Positions 22,788 through 32,775 of a stretch of 32,775 nt of DNA are shown here, piece by piece (positions within the stretch are counted from its first letter, which is position 1; the number at the start of each line of letters is the position of its first letter). Both the position numbers and the translations under genes were made by a program. Below the pieces are notes generated by a model, which ran no database searches, was not told where the DNA came from, and worked only from the letters and a program-made list of their open reading frames with translations. Origin of the DNA: Psammoneis japonica (lineage: Eukaryota); assembly GCA_008632985.1 (NCBI GenBank), contig QPGO01000247.1:62001-94775 (forward strand). Reading direction: 5' to 3'.

Positions 22788-25126
22788 ATGCCGACCCTAA
22801 TGATGTTTCCGATCAAGAATGGGATGGAAAAACACGACGCACAAGAAAATCGAGACGACGCCAAAGGAGAGAAGATAAAAGCAATAAATTTGAAGGTTTC
22901 CTCCATTGTAAGAGATCACTATGGTGATAGACCTATTCCGCGATTCGAGATGAACAAACAAGAACACGACAGAGTCGAATCACTGTTGAAGCGGCTGAAA
23001 ATATCGTCGTCGTGTCCGAGACCGCGTTCCTCTGAACAGATCTGCGGCATGATCGATGCAAGTAGCAGTACGAAGACCAACATAATTTGCACCCACCGTG
23101 AAAGCAGCAGAAACTCCTCCGATGATTCCTCGGTTACAACGCTTGGCAACAACAATGATTCAACGATGCTCGATGACACAACGATGGAAAATGAAGAATC
23201 AATTGCAATCGTTCCTGGGAGCAATGAGTCACCCTCAAATCGGGGTCTCGATACTCTGAACCAATCGTCTCGTACTACTTTGAATGACACTACCATGACT
23301 GATCAGAGCTCCATCCTATTGCTCTCGCCGGCAAATTCCGGCACGGCTTATGCGCTGGCGTATGGCTCTCCCGACGAGACGTTTCCTCCGCCTGACAATG
23401 ATTCCCGCTTCAACGACTCGAAAGATATGGATAGTCCGATAGCCAACCATCTCCCAGTAACAGCGAAAGTGTGACTCCAAAGAAGGCCAACCGTTCAACC
23501 ATTTCGGAAGCATCGATGGGGTTGCTACCTGCTGATAACGGGGATTCGCCTGTAGACCAGACGGTAAAGAGTCAGTCACGCCATCGAAGGCCCGAGAACC
23601 GGCACTATCAAAGTGATGATTCATCCATGTCAATGGAGGCTCCCAGGAGAAGAGATGTTTTTGATTCTCCTGCATCATCCAACATCTCCCGGAACAAACG
23701 ACAAGCATCAACCAGTGGGAAGAAGGGCATGGACCATTCTCGCTTAAGAACCGATGGCTGTTCACCGGGCCATTGCAGTTTTGTTTCATCTTCGGAAGAT
23801 ATTGATTCCCCTCCTTCTTTGTCGTTGACTCCTTCGTTGTCAGTCGAGTGTGGTTCGTCGGAGCATGAGCAACCAAAACTGTTTTCTGCGTCACAATCTC
23901 CAATCGTTCCCTACGGCGACGATGAATACGGAGATCTTTCCTCTGACGACAGCACAACTCATGGTAGAAGAAACAGACACACTTCTAATGTTCTCAGGGA
24001 TAGGTATAACAGATCCAATGCTGATGAAACCGTGGAGACCGTCGATTGTACCATATTACAACGGCGGAAGGTTCGGTGGAATGTTGGTACTAACGACTCT
24101 TATCACGACGAGCCAAACATCCAACTCAGAGACGGCGCCATATTTAGAAAAGAGCCTCTGCACGTTCGGCGTCAACGACCTTACCGCTCCATGGCTGCTT
24201 TGTCATTTCCCGACCCTCTATCAGGCTACCAAGGACATGTTATGGAGCGACTGAACAAAATTCATCAGTGGATGTTCGATAGAGAAGGTGCTTGGGACGA
24301 TGCTCATAAATCCGGGGTAATTGTGTCCTTATCTACGAAGCAGATTATGAATGTCTCCATGAAGCTGTTACTATCAACGAAGAGGAAGAAGCGCACAGCA
24401 AAGAGAGAAGCATCGAGTCAGTCGCAGCAGCAAGCTAGCGAGGAGCCTATTTCCGGTGGCACTTTGATTGTGGTGCGGGACAAGGAAGACTTGCAGCTGT
24501 GGCAAAGTGCTCTACGCGAGGGTACAGCTCATTCCGTTTTTGATTTCACCACGTTGACGCCAAAGGAACGGCAGCGCAAATCAGCAGGTCACGCATGCGC
24601 TGGATTCGATATCGTATTGTCAACTTTTGACGCGCTCAAGTCCAAGGATCTCGCAGTCGCATTGGATAGCAGTGGTCATGCTGTGTCACAAAAACTGGGT
24701 TATCAAGACGGATGGTATTCTAGTCGGAACAGCCAGGACTCAGGAACCGCTCATTATGAGCCTCTTACTGTGATGCACCATATCACATGGGATAGAATTC
24801 TGCTTGTGGACGTGTTTGGGAGAAAGAGCTACATATCTAAACCTGGTACTGCTCGTGTCAAGGCGTCCGTGGCATTGAATGGGTCGCCAAGGTAAGTCAC
24901 TATGAGTAGGGTCCCCCGAAGCAAATCTATCAGAAGCTTACAAGCTACTGCTTTTCATAGATTCATTTTCTTTGTGAGACAGGAGGGGGATAGGCATCCG
25001 TTACGTGAGCTTGCGAGCCATGACCAAAAGGCGATGCGGGCTATACCCGCAGTGCTCCGACTACCACCGAAAGAGAGCGAAGAAGAGACTATTCTGGACT
25101 ACATCGTAGGGCACGAGGATTTGTGA
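22788..25126 (+). CDS. Large disordered protein ending in a degenerate SNF2-type ATPase N-lobe; frameshift near 23470; intron 24892-24960
   Basis: GGTLIVV..LQLWQSAL, FDIVLSTFDAL, LTVMHHITWDRILLVD, TARVKASVAL..R follow the RAD5/RAD16-like SNF2_N motif order; GTAAGT donor and TTTTCATAG acceptor restore frame to TGA 25126. Confidence 0.7.
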
Positions 25127-26312
25127 GCACTCATAAGCAAGAGTCATACTGCGGAGAATGCCTGGTGAAACAAGGCAATCGTCAAGTAACAAATTTCCTC
25201 CGACCAATGAGTAACGGGGCGTATCTGAAGTGGCAGAACGGGAGAGAACGCATTTTTATTAGTTAATAGGAAATAGTTTAGGACGAAGCTCTCCTATAAC
25301 GCAAATACAGCGTGCGAGCTGAAAAGGATTCAAAGAACAGCATGTTCAGTTTGCTTGTAGTTGTCACTCTCTTCTTCGCATCCTGCGACCATGATTCGTC
25401 TCATGACCTCCATACGATAGTACTATCCTGCCTGAAAGCAAGTTAACAACTAATGCAGAGGGTGGCGATGCTTTGTTTTAGGTATGCGTCCTTCTCGTGA
25501 CGTCCATTATTCTTTATCCCTGTGCTTTGACATTGTCATTACCCCATTTTCACCTGTTGACCCAAGTACGTAGACCGCCTTTAGGACAAATGATAGCAGC
25601 ATGAAATCGCATGAGAGGACGGTTCGTGATGGTGGAATCAGCAGTCCGTCGAAAAAAGTAGCCAACAAACACGACATGAGTAATGATTCAAAAGACACGA
25701 TTTTCAGAAGAAACGAGTTCCGATCAAGCGCCTCCACAAGAAGTGTTGTACTGCCTTGGCAAAATAACCTTTGAGAGTAACATGTGCACGATGGGCATAG
25801 CCATCTCTTCACGACGTGTAATCCTCGGTTCTTACTCCACCACCCACCTGCACATGGGAACAACATTGAAGGGTGAAACGTCCAGGTATTCGTATTTCTA
25901 TCGCAGAGCGAGACCAGCTTCAGCATATGGGCACTACGTGATGAACTCCATCGGCAGCAATGGTATGAAATTGGTGACTTTGGGAAAGGTCGCGCATATA
26001 CTTTTCCAAACTGCAAATGGTTGCGACCAGTGACGATAGGCACTGTAGAGTTTTTGTAGCGCATCTTGTCCGGAAACTGCAGTAGGACTTCGATCGATCC
26101 AGATCTAGCAGGCTAGATCACTTGCTCCGACGAGCCTTAGTCTGTATCGTAGGGATATTCCCTCTCGATGGTGGCGCTTATGGCGTACTTGCTAGATTTC
26201 AGCCTGGCAATTAAGCATGGTAACTGTCTCGTAGCTGCAGTGTACCGTACGTGCTCCAGCCATGGAGAGAATCCATATACGGTATGAATGTGCTCGTAAT
26301 GGACAAGTTCAT

Positions 26313-27441
26313 CTATCTCACCAAGTGGAATGTCGCTCCGCCTTCTTCGCCGGAAGACGAAAACACCTTGATCAGGCTTCCTGAATGCGGCCTCAGCGGT
26401 GGATTCTCGATGTAAACGCCGATTTCTCTGGCAATGTCTATCGGCTTTGTCCACTTGTTAAAGTCTGCCTTGGGGTCAGCATCACGGTTCGTGGGGGTAT
26501 CAATCATGGTTGGTAGAATTCCAATAGCGGTGAGCGTATCCAAGTATTGACCACTGCCCTGACTGCGGACTCGACGTCCATCCTTTCGCTTCGGCTTTGA
26601 TGTGGCCGACTTTCCGGTACTTGCGCCTAGAGTCTGTACAAAGTGATGAGCCGCAGCCTTAGCAAGTCCATATCCCATCATGCCAGGTGTAGGAGATAAT
26701 GCTGCTGTAGCTCCAATGACAACAAAAAGTCCTTTTGCGACAAAGAACAAAATGCGGTGAGAAGCAGGACATTTGGTTCTGGAGTACATTGAGGCAGAAA
26801 CAAAAGATGCCAGTAGCACAGTCATCATATTTACCTTCATCTCCCATGAATCGTTCTGCCACATGCCCGGCAGCTACCACCGGGTGGAGGTTCATTCGCG
26901 TCATTCTATCGATGCAATCTCCGTACCGAACTGCACCTTCAATCACTTCGTCACTAGTAGCATCCAGACTAACCGGTGTAGGATCTCCCTCCCATCCACC
27001 GCTGGCAACCACAATAGCATCTAGTTGTCCTTCATCCAATGCATTGCCAACCCCCTTGACAAGACGAGTCGTAAGGTCAGCCAGCGTGGGATTCTGACCA
27101 ACGTGAGGGAGTGCCACAAAGTCACCCACCCCCCAATCAGCACTGTGGTCTAATTCTACAAGATCTGCCCCTATAACAGTCATGCCCAAATCTCTTCCCA
27201 AATGCTTTGACACTGTTCGTCCCAGCGCGCCCGACGATCCCAGCACCAATACGGACGCAGCATCATCTGCCACCGAGGATACCATTGTACGCCTCATAAC
27301 TTCAATTGGAAAGCTTGATAGATTTTTATTGTCCCACGTCAGACACGAAGATAACTTATTTGACTCATTGCAAAGGGTACGCGACGTTCTTATCGTAGCC
27401 AAACGGATGTGCCCCGACGCGCCAGTAAGCACCGGTAACAT
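26313..27441 (-). CDS. QDPR: Dihydropteridine reductase with N-terminal transit-peptide-like extension; 2 exons (27441-26835, 26731-26313)
   Basis: VLVLGSSGALG, LDAIVVASGGWEG, AALSPTPGMMGYGLAKAAAHH (YxxxK), ILPTMIDTPTNR..ADFNKWT, RPHSGSLIKV; GT-AG intron 26732-26834 restores frame. Confidence 0.93.
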
Positions 27442-27849
27442 AATTCCCTGATTTCACCCGATCGTAAGATCTTTTTGTGTTCGATTCTATTTCAATTGAC
27501 GGACAGACACGCGTCGCCTTTCGGGGACCTTAGTTTTCCTTTGCCGATTATAATATTGTAGGGCTAGTTCTTGTATAGTCGGTTTGTGGGGAAGAGGCTC
27601 TTTGACTCTTTACTCCAAGCCGCTTTGAATGTGCCTTTCTGAAACAGCGGTGTTATTGTTGTGTCATGATGTGGTTCGGAGCGACGGAGCGAGGTGGCGG
27701 CGGCAGTTCTTTTGCGTTTTGGACGGTTACCGTAAAGTGTACGTAGCGATTGGTAACTATTTTGAAAGTACCAAGATCCCACATTCGTTCTACATACGAA
27801 ATCATGGTATTCCTTATACGTAGATACACAAAATTGATAGTGATTGAGA

Positions 27850-28613
27850 AATTTAGCAACGGTCACGACACACAAACAAAATCTCGGAAAGCTTTTCTTC
27901 CGCGCTCGATTTCTCACAACTCCTCGTCGTCTCGCACGATGTGTTTGTTGTTCGCCAAGCAACGATTGCCGCGATCGCCCAGGATGGCTCGCCCTTCTTG
28001 CGGATAATAGAGAGCTAGCTCTTGTTTGGTGTTCCACAACTCATTGTGCCTGCACGAAGTGTTGTCTCTCTTTTAAAACTCGTCGTCTCGCACGATGTGT
28101 TTGTTGTTTGCCAAGCAACGAATGCCGCGATCGCCGAGGATGGCTCGCCCTTCTTCTGGAATAGATTGCTCGCTCTTGTTTGGAATTCCACAAATCATTT
28201 TGCTTGATGGCGTGTTTTCTCAATCGGCGGCGTAGGTGTTGCCAGTTAAGTCCGGAGGTCGGGGCAAATCGAATGCGTCTCTCCGGCCTTGAGTCCATGT
28301 CACTCTCGTGTCTTTGAGCGTAGGAAGTTGCCTGTTCGCTTGACCCGTCAGGTCACGGCTGTTGAAACAGACAGCAGCGTTCGTCTGCGAAGCAGCAAAA
28401 GCTCGCCAAGCAGATCATACCGTTGACGGAACGCGGGGTTTGGGGTTCCGTCGTACCAGTGACGTGGCACGGTAAGTCTTCACTCGTAGGGAGTGTTGAT
28501 TTAGCACGCGGTTGACTCGCAAGTTTACTTGTCGTCTCCGTAGTACGTCCCCCCTTTTTCTTTTTTTTGGGGTGGTTATCCACCCCGAAAATAGGAAAAA
28601 GCTTGAGCTCCAT
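27850..28613 (-). pseudogene. Degraded ORF of unknown family containing the 156-bp repeat
   Basis: Minus-strand reading MELKLFP..RRIRFAP..NDLWNSKQE..GDRGIRCLANNKHIVRDDE, last part duplicated, interrupted by stops and a frameshift. Confidence 0.4.
27923..28206. repeat. Two-copy tandem repeat, period 156 bp
   Basis: CTCGTCGTCTCGCACGATGTGTTTGTTGTT..GGATGGCTCGCCCTTCTT..GCTCTTGTTTGG..TTCCACAA at 27923 and 28079. Confidence 0.92.
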
Positions 28614-29239
28614 CTTTTGATGGCGCTCTTGAGGCAACGTTACCTACTCGACCGATTTCTATCAACTTTTGATATTGGCGTGTTTCAAATATTCGAAACA
28701 CACTTTGAACCTTTACAATAGAGAAGTAGAAAGACTAAAGTACACTATAGCAATCCTTATTTGCGTGTAAGTTATTCCGTACGTACGTCAAATGGACTAC
28801 GATGACGGTCGTAGCGCTTGCCATGTCGTTGCATACTCTGATGTCGTTGTGTTTCTGTTTTTGCACCACACCGCTCTCTTTCTTTGTGTAGGGGCCCTAC
28901 GAGCAAACGAGCAGGCAAGCAGAATGGTTTGTGTGTCCGGCTCATTTCATACCGTGCACTTTCAGGCTAGTTCTAATATTTTGTGAATACTCTATCTCTA
29001 CTTGAGGGTTGCGGAGGGTGCAGATCGTCTCCCTATGAGCCTGGAAAATTGAATTTGCTGTAATCTACTGTATTATAGTGTTCTCATCTGTAGTTTCTTT
29101 ACTAGGAGAAAAGGACCTAGAAAGCGTCTTTGGCAATGGAAGCAAAGCCAATGATCTTGGTAAAGATGGAGGCCATGCGCTACGTGAGGATTTTCAATCA
29201 AGAATCATTGCCAGCAGATGAGACTTCACCTTTAACTAC

Positions 29240-29830
29240 GCGTTAAAGGATACTTCAAATGGTGAGCACCATCGTGTAGACAGTATTCCGTAGAGAGTGA
29301 TCCGACATGGAAGGCAGTTTCGGACATTTGTAAACAACACTGCTTCGATTGAATTCTGCGAGGGACAAACGAAACAGGACGTGGATGTACTGTTGCGACC
29401 TCTGGTACAGGATGCTGCACTTCGGGCTTTTGTGGTTGTTAAACACACAGACGCGCCAAATACTGCAAAACATGCAGCCATGAACATGCCGTCTTGGAAA
29501 ATAAAAATGGATGCCATTGTGCATCAAATGGACACACTGGCTGGATTTGACCTCCCATCACAGTCGATTATGTAGGCGACGTCGCTTGCATTCACGGCGG
29601 ACAACCACGATTTGTACGACATTCGCACATTGAAACCATCCAGGGGTACGTACTTTCCAAGTCAAATTTTGTTGATTCTGACTGCCATTCTCCAAGAAGC
29701 ATTGAAACGAAAGACGCAAAACACTGCGGTTGCCTTGTTGACGACCAAATGGGCTTGCATCATTGCGACACCGCATGAACTGAGCGAGGGTTGCGGTTCC
29801 TTTGGAGTTGAAAACGGAATTGCTCCCTAA
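29240..29830 (+). pseudogene. Possible pseudogene fragment, unknown product
   Basis: ORFs 29297-29575 and 29612-29830 lie in the same frame, separated by a single TAG; no recognisable motif. Confidence 0.3.
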
Positions 29831-30243
29831 ATTCCATCGATGGAAATATCTGGTACAGGTCTAACCACTCGCCATTTTCTTTAACAATAGTCTCCAGAGA
29901 AAGTACACTGCTCCTTTCTAATTCGCAGTCCGTTGCCAGTAGCACGTAACTAATGACAAGTAGAAGAATGACGATCGTCATTCTTTTACTTGTCATTTGA
30001 GCAACGAACCACCTACACGCAAGACCTGGATGCATCCGAGAGAACAATAGCATCTCTTTAAGAGACTTGAAAATGTATGTGCGTCAGTCCAAAACCGAAA
30101 CCTCCAGAATGTTATGCCGTGACATGACATGACATAAAAGACAAGACCGCAAGGAAGTTGTTACCGTCTATAGTGCCAGGAGTAAGCTTTGCCAAGGCGG
30201 GCTAAATATGCAAGGTTGGTGCTAGATGAAACGTCCCAAAAGC

Positions 30244-30772
30244 TCACACCCGTCTTGCAACTTCAGCAGCAAGGGCGCTACCTTTCCCAACAATTCTCGA
30301 CCACGGTCTCACCCACCACGCGTCAAAGTCGGGGTCGCCATCCAGTAACTTTTGTACCGCATCTTGTTTGTGATGGACTTCGTCGGCACAGCAATGTTCC
30401 AGGAGCCGCACTAGCTCGTCTGCCCCACCTCTTTCTTTTAGCGGGATGATTTGCTCTTGAAAGTGCTCTTCCACAAAGGTCTCTACCGCTTCTACCGTTA
30501 CATACAATGCTTTTGGACCACCCAAAACTGTCGGTACAAAGCCCAAGGTCCATCCCGCCATTTTCCAAACTGGCAACAAGCGTGTGTGCTTTCCAGCCGG
30601 CACAATCGATTCAAACAGACGCAAATGCTCGGCTTCGTTGGCCATGTGCTCACGACAAAAATCAAGAGCTTGTTTGTTTTTGTTTCTTGTTGCTTTCAAT
30701 GCCGCTAGTGCTCCCTTGAAACAGCTCCAGTCTCACCCGCGAGGTTGGAGCTCAACTCGCATTCCAACCATG
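30244..30772 (-). pseudogene. COQ7: 5'-truncated demethoxyubiquinone hydroxylase (COQ7/Clk-1 family di-iron protein)
   Basis: WLECELSSNLAGETGAV, frameshifting deletion near 30720, then KGALAAL..EAEHL..TRLLPVWKMAGWTLG..TVEAVETFVEEHFQEQI..DEVHH: all four carboxylate/His ligand motifs present, but no own start or N-terminus. Confidence 0.85.
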
Positions 30773-31884
30773 GTTTGTAGAATGTCAATAGCTGTAAGAG
30801 TATCCGAGTATTGGCTGCTGCCCTGACTGCGGACTCACAACCATCCTTTCGCTTCGGCTTCGATGTGGCTGATTTTCCGCTGCTTGCGCCTAGAGTCTGT
30901 ACAAAGTGATGAGCCGCAACCTATAGCAAGTCCATATCCCACCATGCCAGGCGTAGGAGATAATGCTGCTGTTGCGCCCACGACAACATATAGTCCTTTT
31001 GCAAAAAAGAACAAACGCGGTGAGAAGCAGGGCATTTAGTTCTGGAGTACATTGAGGCGGACACAAAATATGCCCGTAGTACCGTCGTTATAGATGCCTT
31101 CATCTCCAATGAATCGTTCTGCTACATGCCCGGCAGCTACCACCGGGTGGAGGTCCATTCGCGTCATTCTATCGACGCAATCTCCGTACCGAACTGCACC
31201 CTCAGTCACTCCGTCACTAGTAGCATCCAGACTAACCGGTGTAGGATCTCCCTCCCATCCACCGCTGGCAACCACAATAGCATCTAGTTGTCTTTCATCC
31301 AATGCATTGCCAATAACTCCCTTGACAAACGAGTCGTTAGGTCAGCCAGTGTGGGATTCTGACCAGCGTGAGGGAGCGCCACAAAGTCACCCACCCCCCA
31401 ATCAGCACTGTGGTCTAATTCTACGAGATCTGCCCCCTATAACAGTCATGCCCAAATCTCTTCCCAAATGCTTTGACACTGCTCGTCCCAGCGCACCCGA
31501 CGATCCCAGCACCAATAAGGACGCAGCATCACCTGCCGCCGAGGATATCATTGTACGCACCATACTTTCAATTGTGAAGCTTGATCGAGATTAACTCTCC
31601 CACGTCAGACACGAAGATAACTCATTTGACTCATTGCAAAGGGTACGCGACGTTCTTATCGTAGCCAAACGGATATGTCCCAACGCGCCAGCGAGCACCG
31701 GAAAATAATTCCGTGATTTCACCCGATCGAACGATTTCTTGTGTTCGCTTCTATTTCAATTGACGGACGACCCCTCGTCGCTTTTCGAGGACCATAGTCT
31801 TCCTTTGCCGATTATAATACTGCAGGGCTAGTTCTTGTATGGCAGTGTGGGGCAGAGGCTCTTAGACTCTTTACTCAAAGCCTG
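30768..31884 (-). pseudogene. QDPR: QDPR pseudogene: diverged duplicate of ~26505-27624 including intron and promoter, 3'-truncated
   Basis: Colinear with the intact copy; ATG changed to ATT near 31705, several indels, insertion in the YxxxK lysine codon (GCTAAG to GCTATAG); homology stops at ..ACCATG near 30770. Confidence 0.92.
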
Positions 31885-32366
31885 CTGGTAATGGTAAAAG
31901 ACACTGAGGTACTATCAATACCCCCACTTGATTAAATATGACAAAAAACAATTCAGCTCATGCTTGTAACTGCAACTGTATCTGTTTCGTGCTGGTAGTA
32001 GGAGATGCTTCTCCTGTGACTTTCTATGATATCCTGCACAACGTACAAACCACATTGAGTGAGTCAACAAATTCACAATCAACACACCACTATCAAACCA
32101 CCTTACCTTCTTGACTTAGGGTTTACTACTGGAGCATCTACAGTGCACTTAATCTAATCCCAAGCGGTACGATATCGATGCAACCGTGTAGAAATCTCGA
32201 AAAAACAAGAAAACTCGCGTCGCTCGATCCAAAATGAGATCCCACACTTCGTTCGCTTCGAATCTGAGGGCTGTGGTTCAACCACGCCTCATGTAGACAC
32301 CAATAAGCCACAACGAATTATAATATGAACTGAAAACCTAGATCGTAACGAGAGATAGCCGAATCC

Positions 32367-32388
32367 GTGAGTGAGTGAGTGAGTGAGT
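32367..32388 (+). repeat. (GAGT)n microsatellite
   Basis: GTGAGTGAGTGAGTGAGTGAGT. Confidence 0.85.
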
Positions 32389-32775
32389 ACATTTTCATTT
32401 CTTGAAGAAAAAAGAGAGCCATTTTGTAGCAAATGCAAGAACAACGGTAATTCTGCAAGAAAGACAAAACTTTTGCAGGATGTCAACGAAAAGACACACA
32501 CACATTTCCATACCACTACTTACGAGATGCAATGGATGGGAATGGATGGCTGAATGCATCGACGCATGTCAGCGACGGCCGAAAAAGTGCTGATTTTGCG
32601 CTCGTTCAGTCTTGGATAAAAATCGACCAAAAAGACACCGATTCTTTTCATTCTAGTAGTGGCATGGTACGCTTCTCCATCGAGTTTTACAACAACGGTT
32701 GAACGGTGTAAGCATATGGCGTCGATGGGACGACGAAACCGATCATCGATCATCGTGTTATAATCTGTTATTTTT

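Noticed and set aside
25400..26230. Short ORFs between the SNF2-like gene and QDPR
   Set aside because: Frames interrupted by stops, no motif; might be a pseudogene but unsupported.
27923..28206. CRISPR-like array
   Set aside because: Only two ~128-bp units, eukaryotic context, no cas genes.
9214..31884. Pterin/cofactor gene cluster (MogA fusion, QDPR, COQ7)
   Set aside because: Genes are 16 kb or more apart, separated by unrelated genes, and act in different pathways; chance proximity is sufficient.

Overview
Eukaryotic nuclear DNA, gene-dense with short (about 70-125 nt) spliceosomal introns. Gene content and style point to a diatom or related stramenopile (inference). Supported genes, left to right: GtrA-like membrane protein, Alba/Rpp25-like protein, a bacterial-like DUF2267/DUF2780-type protein, NAD(P)H-binding oxidoreductase, Nab2/ZC3H14-type PWI plus RGG protein, a DUF1244-MogA (molybdopterin adenylyltransferase) fusion with a GC-AG intron, CRAL-TRIO protein, class C (GABA-B-like) GPCR, FAM151/menorin-like protein, a hypothetical protein with a PP1-docking motif, a degenerate SNF2-like protein, and dihydropteridine reductase (QDPR). 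Rearrangement debris: a ~450-bp duplication flanking a GH5 glucanase fragment, and a QDPR pseudogene copy fused to a 5'-truncated COQ7. The two most striking items are (1) a ~4-kb block (about 18.4-22.3 kb) almost devoid of BOTH CpG and TpA, implying a localized mutational process beyond 5mC deamination, and (2) the DUF1244-MogA fusion, which links an uncharacterised bacterial domain to molybdenum-cofactor synthesis. Several intact-looking genes carry single-base deletions, most likely assembly errors. All family calls are from motif recognition by eye, not database searches.
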